DNA of 64,000 bases, taken from contig CAJXNU010000001.1 in the NCBI GenBank assembly GCA_913057255.1, positions 5,974-69,973 on the forward strand, in the 5' to 3' direction. The first letter of the stretch is position 1, and each line of letters starts with the position of its first letter. The notes under the pieces were generated by a model, which did no database searches, had not been told where the DNA came from, and saw nothing but the letters and a program-made list of their open reading frames with translations. The position numbers were made by a program, and so were the translations under genes. Of this stretch, positions 62,863 through 64,000 are shown in pieces. The stretch comes from an uncultured Wenzhouxiangella sp. Its GTDB lineage: Bacteria > Pseudomonadota > Gammaproteobacteria > Xanthomonadales > Wenzhouxiangellaceae.

Positions 62863-63699
62863 ATGGCAAAAAGAGAGCTGGAGCCGGATATTCACACCGA
62901 TTTCTCTGAGCGGTTGGACTATGGCCGGTATCTGGGGCTAGAGCAGATTCTCAGTGCCCAAAGCCCGCTGAGCGAGCCGGCCCATCACGATGAGCTGTTG
63001 TTCATCATTCAGCACCAAACCTCGGAGCTGTGGTTCAAGTTAATCATCCACGAATTACAGGCCGCGATGTCTCATTTGGCCAATGACCAGCCCGACCCCA
63101 GCATGAAGATCTTGGCGCGAGTCAAATTGGTTCAGCAACAGCTGTTTAATCAGTGGGGTGTTTTGGAAACACTCACACCGAGTGAATACATGCAGTTTCG
63201 TGGAGTGTTGGGCCAAGCGTCGGGGTTTCAGTCCTTCCAATATCGCTTGGTTGAATTTTTGCTGGGCAACAAAAATGACCGGATTCCATCGGTCTTCAAA
63301 CATCAGCCCAGCGCTCATGAGGCGCTAACAAAGGCTTTGCATGCACCGAGTTTGTACGATGAGTTTCTAAAATTTTTGGCCCGTCAGGGGCATGCGATCC
63401 CACAGAGCTGCTTGCAACGCGATTGGTCGCAACCCTATGAGCGAAATCCCGATTTGGTGCCAGTCTTCGTTGAAATCTACAAGGCACCCGAAACCCACTG
63501 GGCGGCGTATGCGCTGTGTGAGCGTCTGATTGATGTCGAGGAGTCTTTCCAATTGTGGCGCTTCCGACACATGAAAACCGTTGAGCGGATCATTGGGTTT
63601 AAGCAAGGAACCGGCGGTTCTTCGGGCGTGGGATTTCTGAAAAAGGCCCTGGAGTTGGAATTTTTCCCAGAATTGCTGGATGTCCGGACGGAATTATAG
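62863..63699 (+). CDS. kynA: Tryptophan 2,3-dioxygenase
   Basis: [33 protein letters not shown]...[16 protein letters not shown]. Confidence 0.95.
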   Translation: MAKRELEPDIHTDFSERLDYGRYLGLEQILSAQSPLSEPAHHDELLFIIQHQTSELWFKLIIHELQAAMSHLANDQPDPSMKILARVKLVQQQLFNQWGVLETLTPSEYMQFRGVLGQASGFQSFQYRLVEFLLGNKNDRIPSVFKHQPSAHEALTKALHAPSLYDEFLKFLARQGHAIPQSCLQRDWSQPYERNPDLVPVFVEIYKAPETHWAAYALCERLIDVEESFQLWRFRHMKTVERIIGFKQGTGGSSGVGFLKKALELEFFPELLDVRTEL

Positions 63700-63820
63700 C
63701 CCCTTGGAATGGGGGCAGGGGTTTGTGTCATAATCGAGACACAAGAAATGCACAAAAAGGTCGCCACACAAGCGACCAGTCCTTATACAAAAACGCAACA
63801 TGCGGGGTAGGAGATCAAAC

Positions 63821-64000
63821 ATGAAGAAAACGCTTCTTTCAGCCATGCTCGTCTTTGGGCTGCCTTTGGCACAGGCTCAAACGACGATTGAATCACCAGC
63901 GCTGACTAATGAGGTCAGCGTCTACACCGATGCCAATGGCATCCCAACCATTGTTGGAGAAACTGAAACGGATGTGAGCTTTGTGCAGGGCTATTTGCAT
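63821..64000 (+). CDS. 5' fragment of a penicillin acylase (S45) family protein; runs off the window end and is absent from the ORF track
   Basis: SD AGGAG, then MKKTLLSAMLVFGLPLAQA-QTTIESPALTNEVSVYTDANGIPTIVGETETDVSFVQGYLH; signal peptide plus the typical D..GIP.I.....D..F.QGY.H start. Confidence 0.72.
   Translation, partial: MKKTLLSAMLVFGLPLAQAQTTIESPALTNEVSVYTDANGIPTIVGETETDVSFVQGYLH

Overview
A gene-dense, mostly core-genome window from a gammaproteobacterium. Gene order such as acyl-CoA dehydrogenase-gdhB-NAD kinase, rpoE-rseABC-degP-lepA-lepB-rnc-era-recO-pdxJ, and kynA beside a 2-oxoacid dehydrogenase operon suggests a Xanthomonadales/Wenzhouxiangella-like peptide-scavenging organism; this assignment is inference. 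About 50 intact CDS are present, many translationally coupled, plus two convergent tRNA-Leu genes. I found no integrase, IS element, prophage or CRISPR array. The most interesting signals are regulatory or accessory. (1) An unannotated ~105-nt sRNA at ~8892-9000 (minus strand) has its own sigma70 promoter and terminator, and two hairpins whose loops display C-rich anti-Shine-Dalgarno sequence. (2) A stand-alone dnaE2 lacks adjacent imuA/imuB and the C-terminal SRDFH motif; it has a predicted leaderless promoter overlapped by a LexA-box-spaced palindrome of non-canonical sequence (CTAT-N8-ATAG). (3) A voltage-gated Na+ channel gene is coupled to htpG behind a sigma32-type promoter. (4) The rpoH leader is structured, with an SD-sequestering hairpin. 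(5) A lone beta-barrel gene is bracketed by two near-identical inverted tRNA-Leu genes. (6) A signal-peptide-less BtuF-like protein is coupled to an MFS transporter. All product calls come from motif recognition without database searches.
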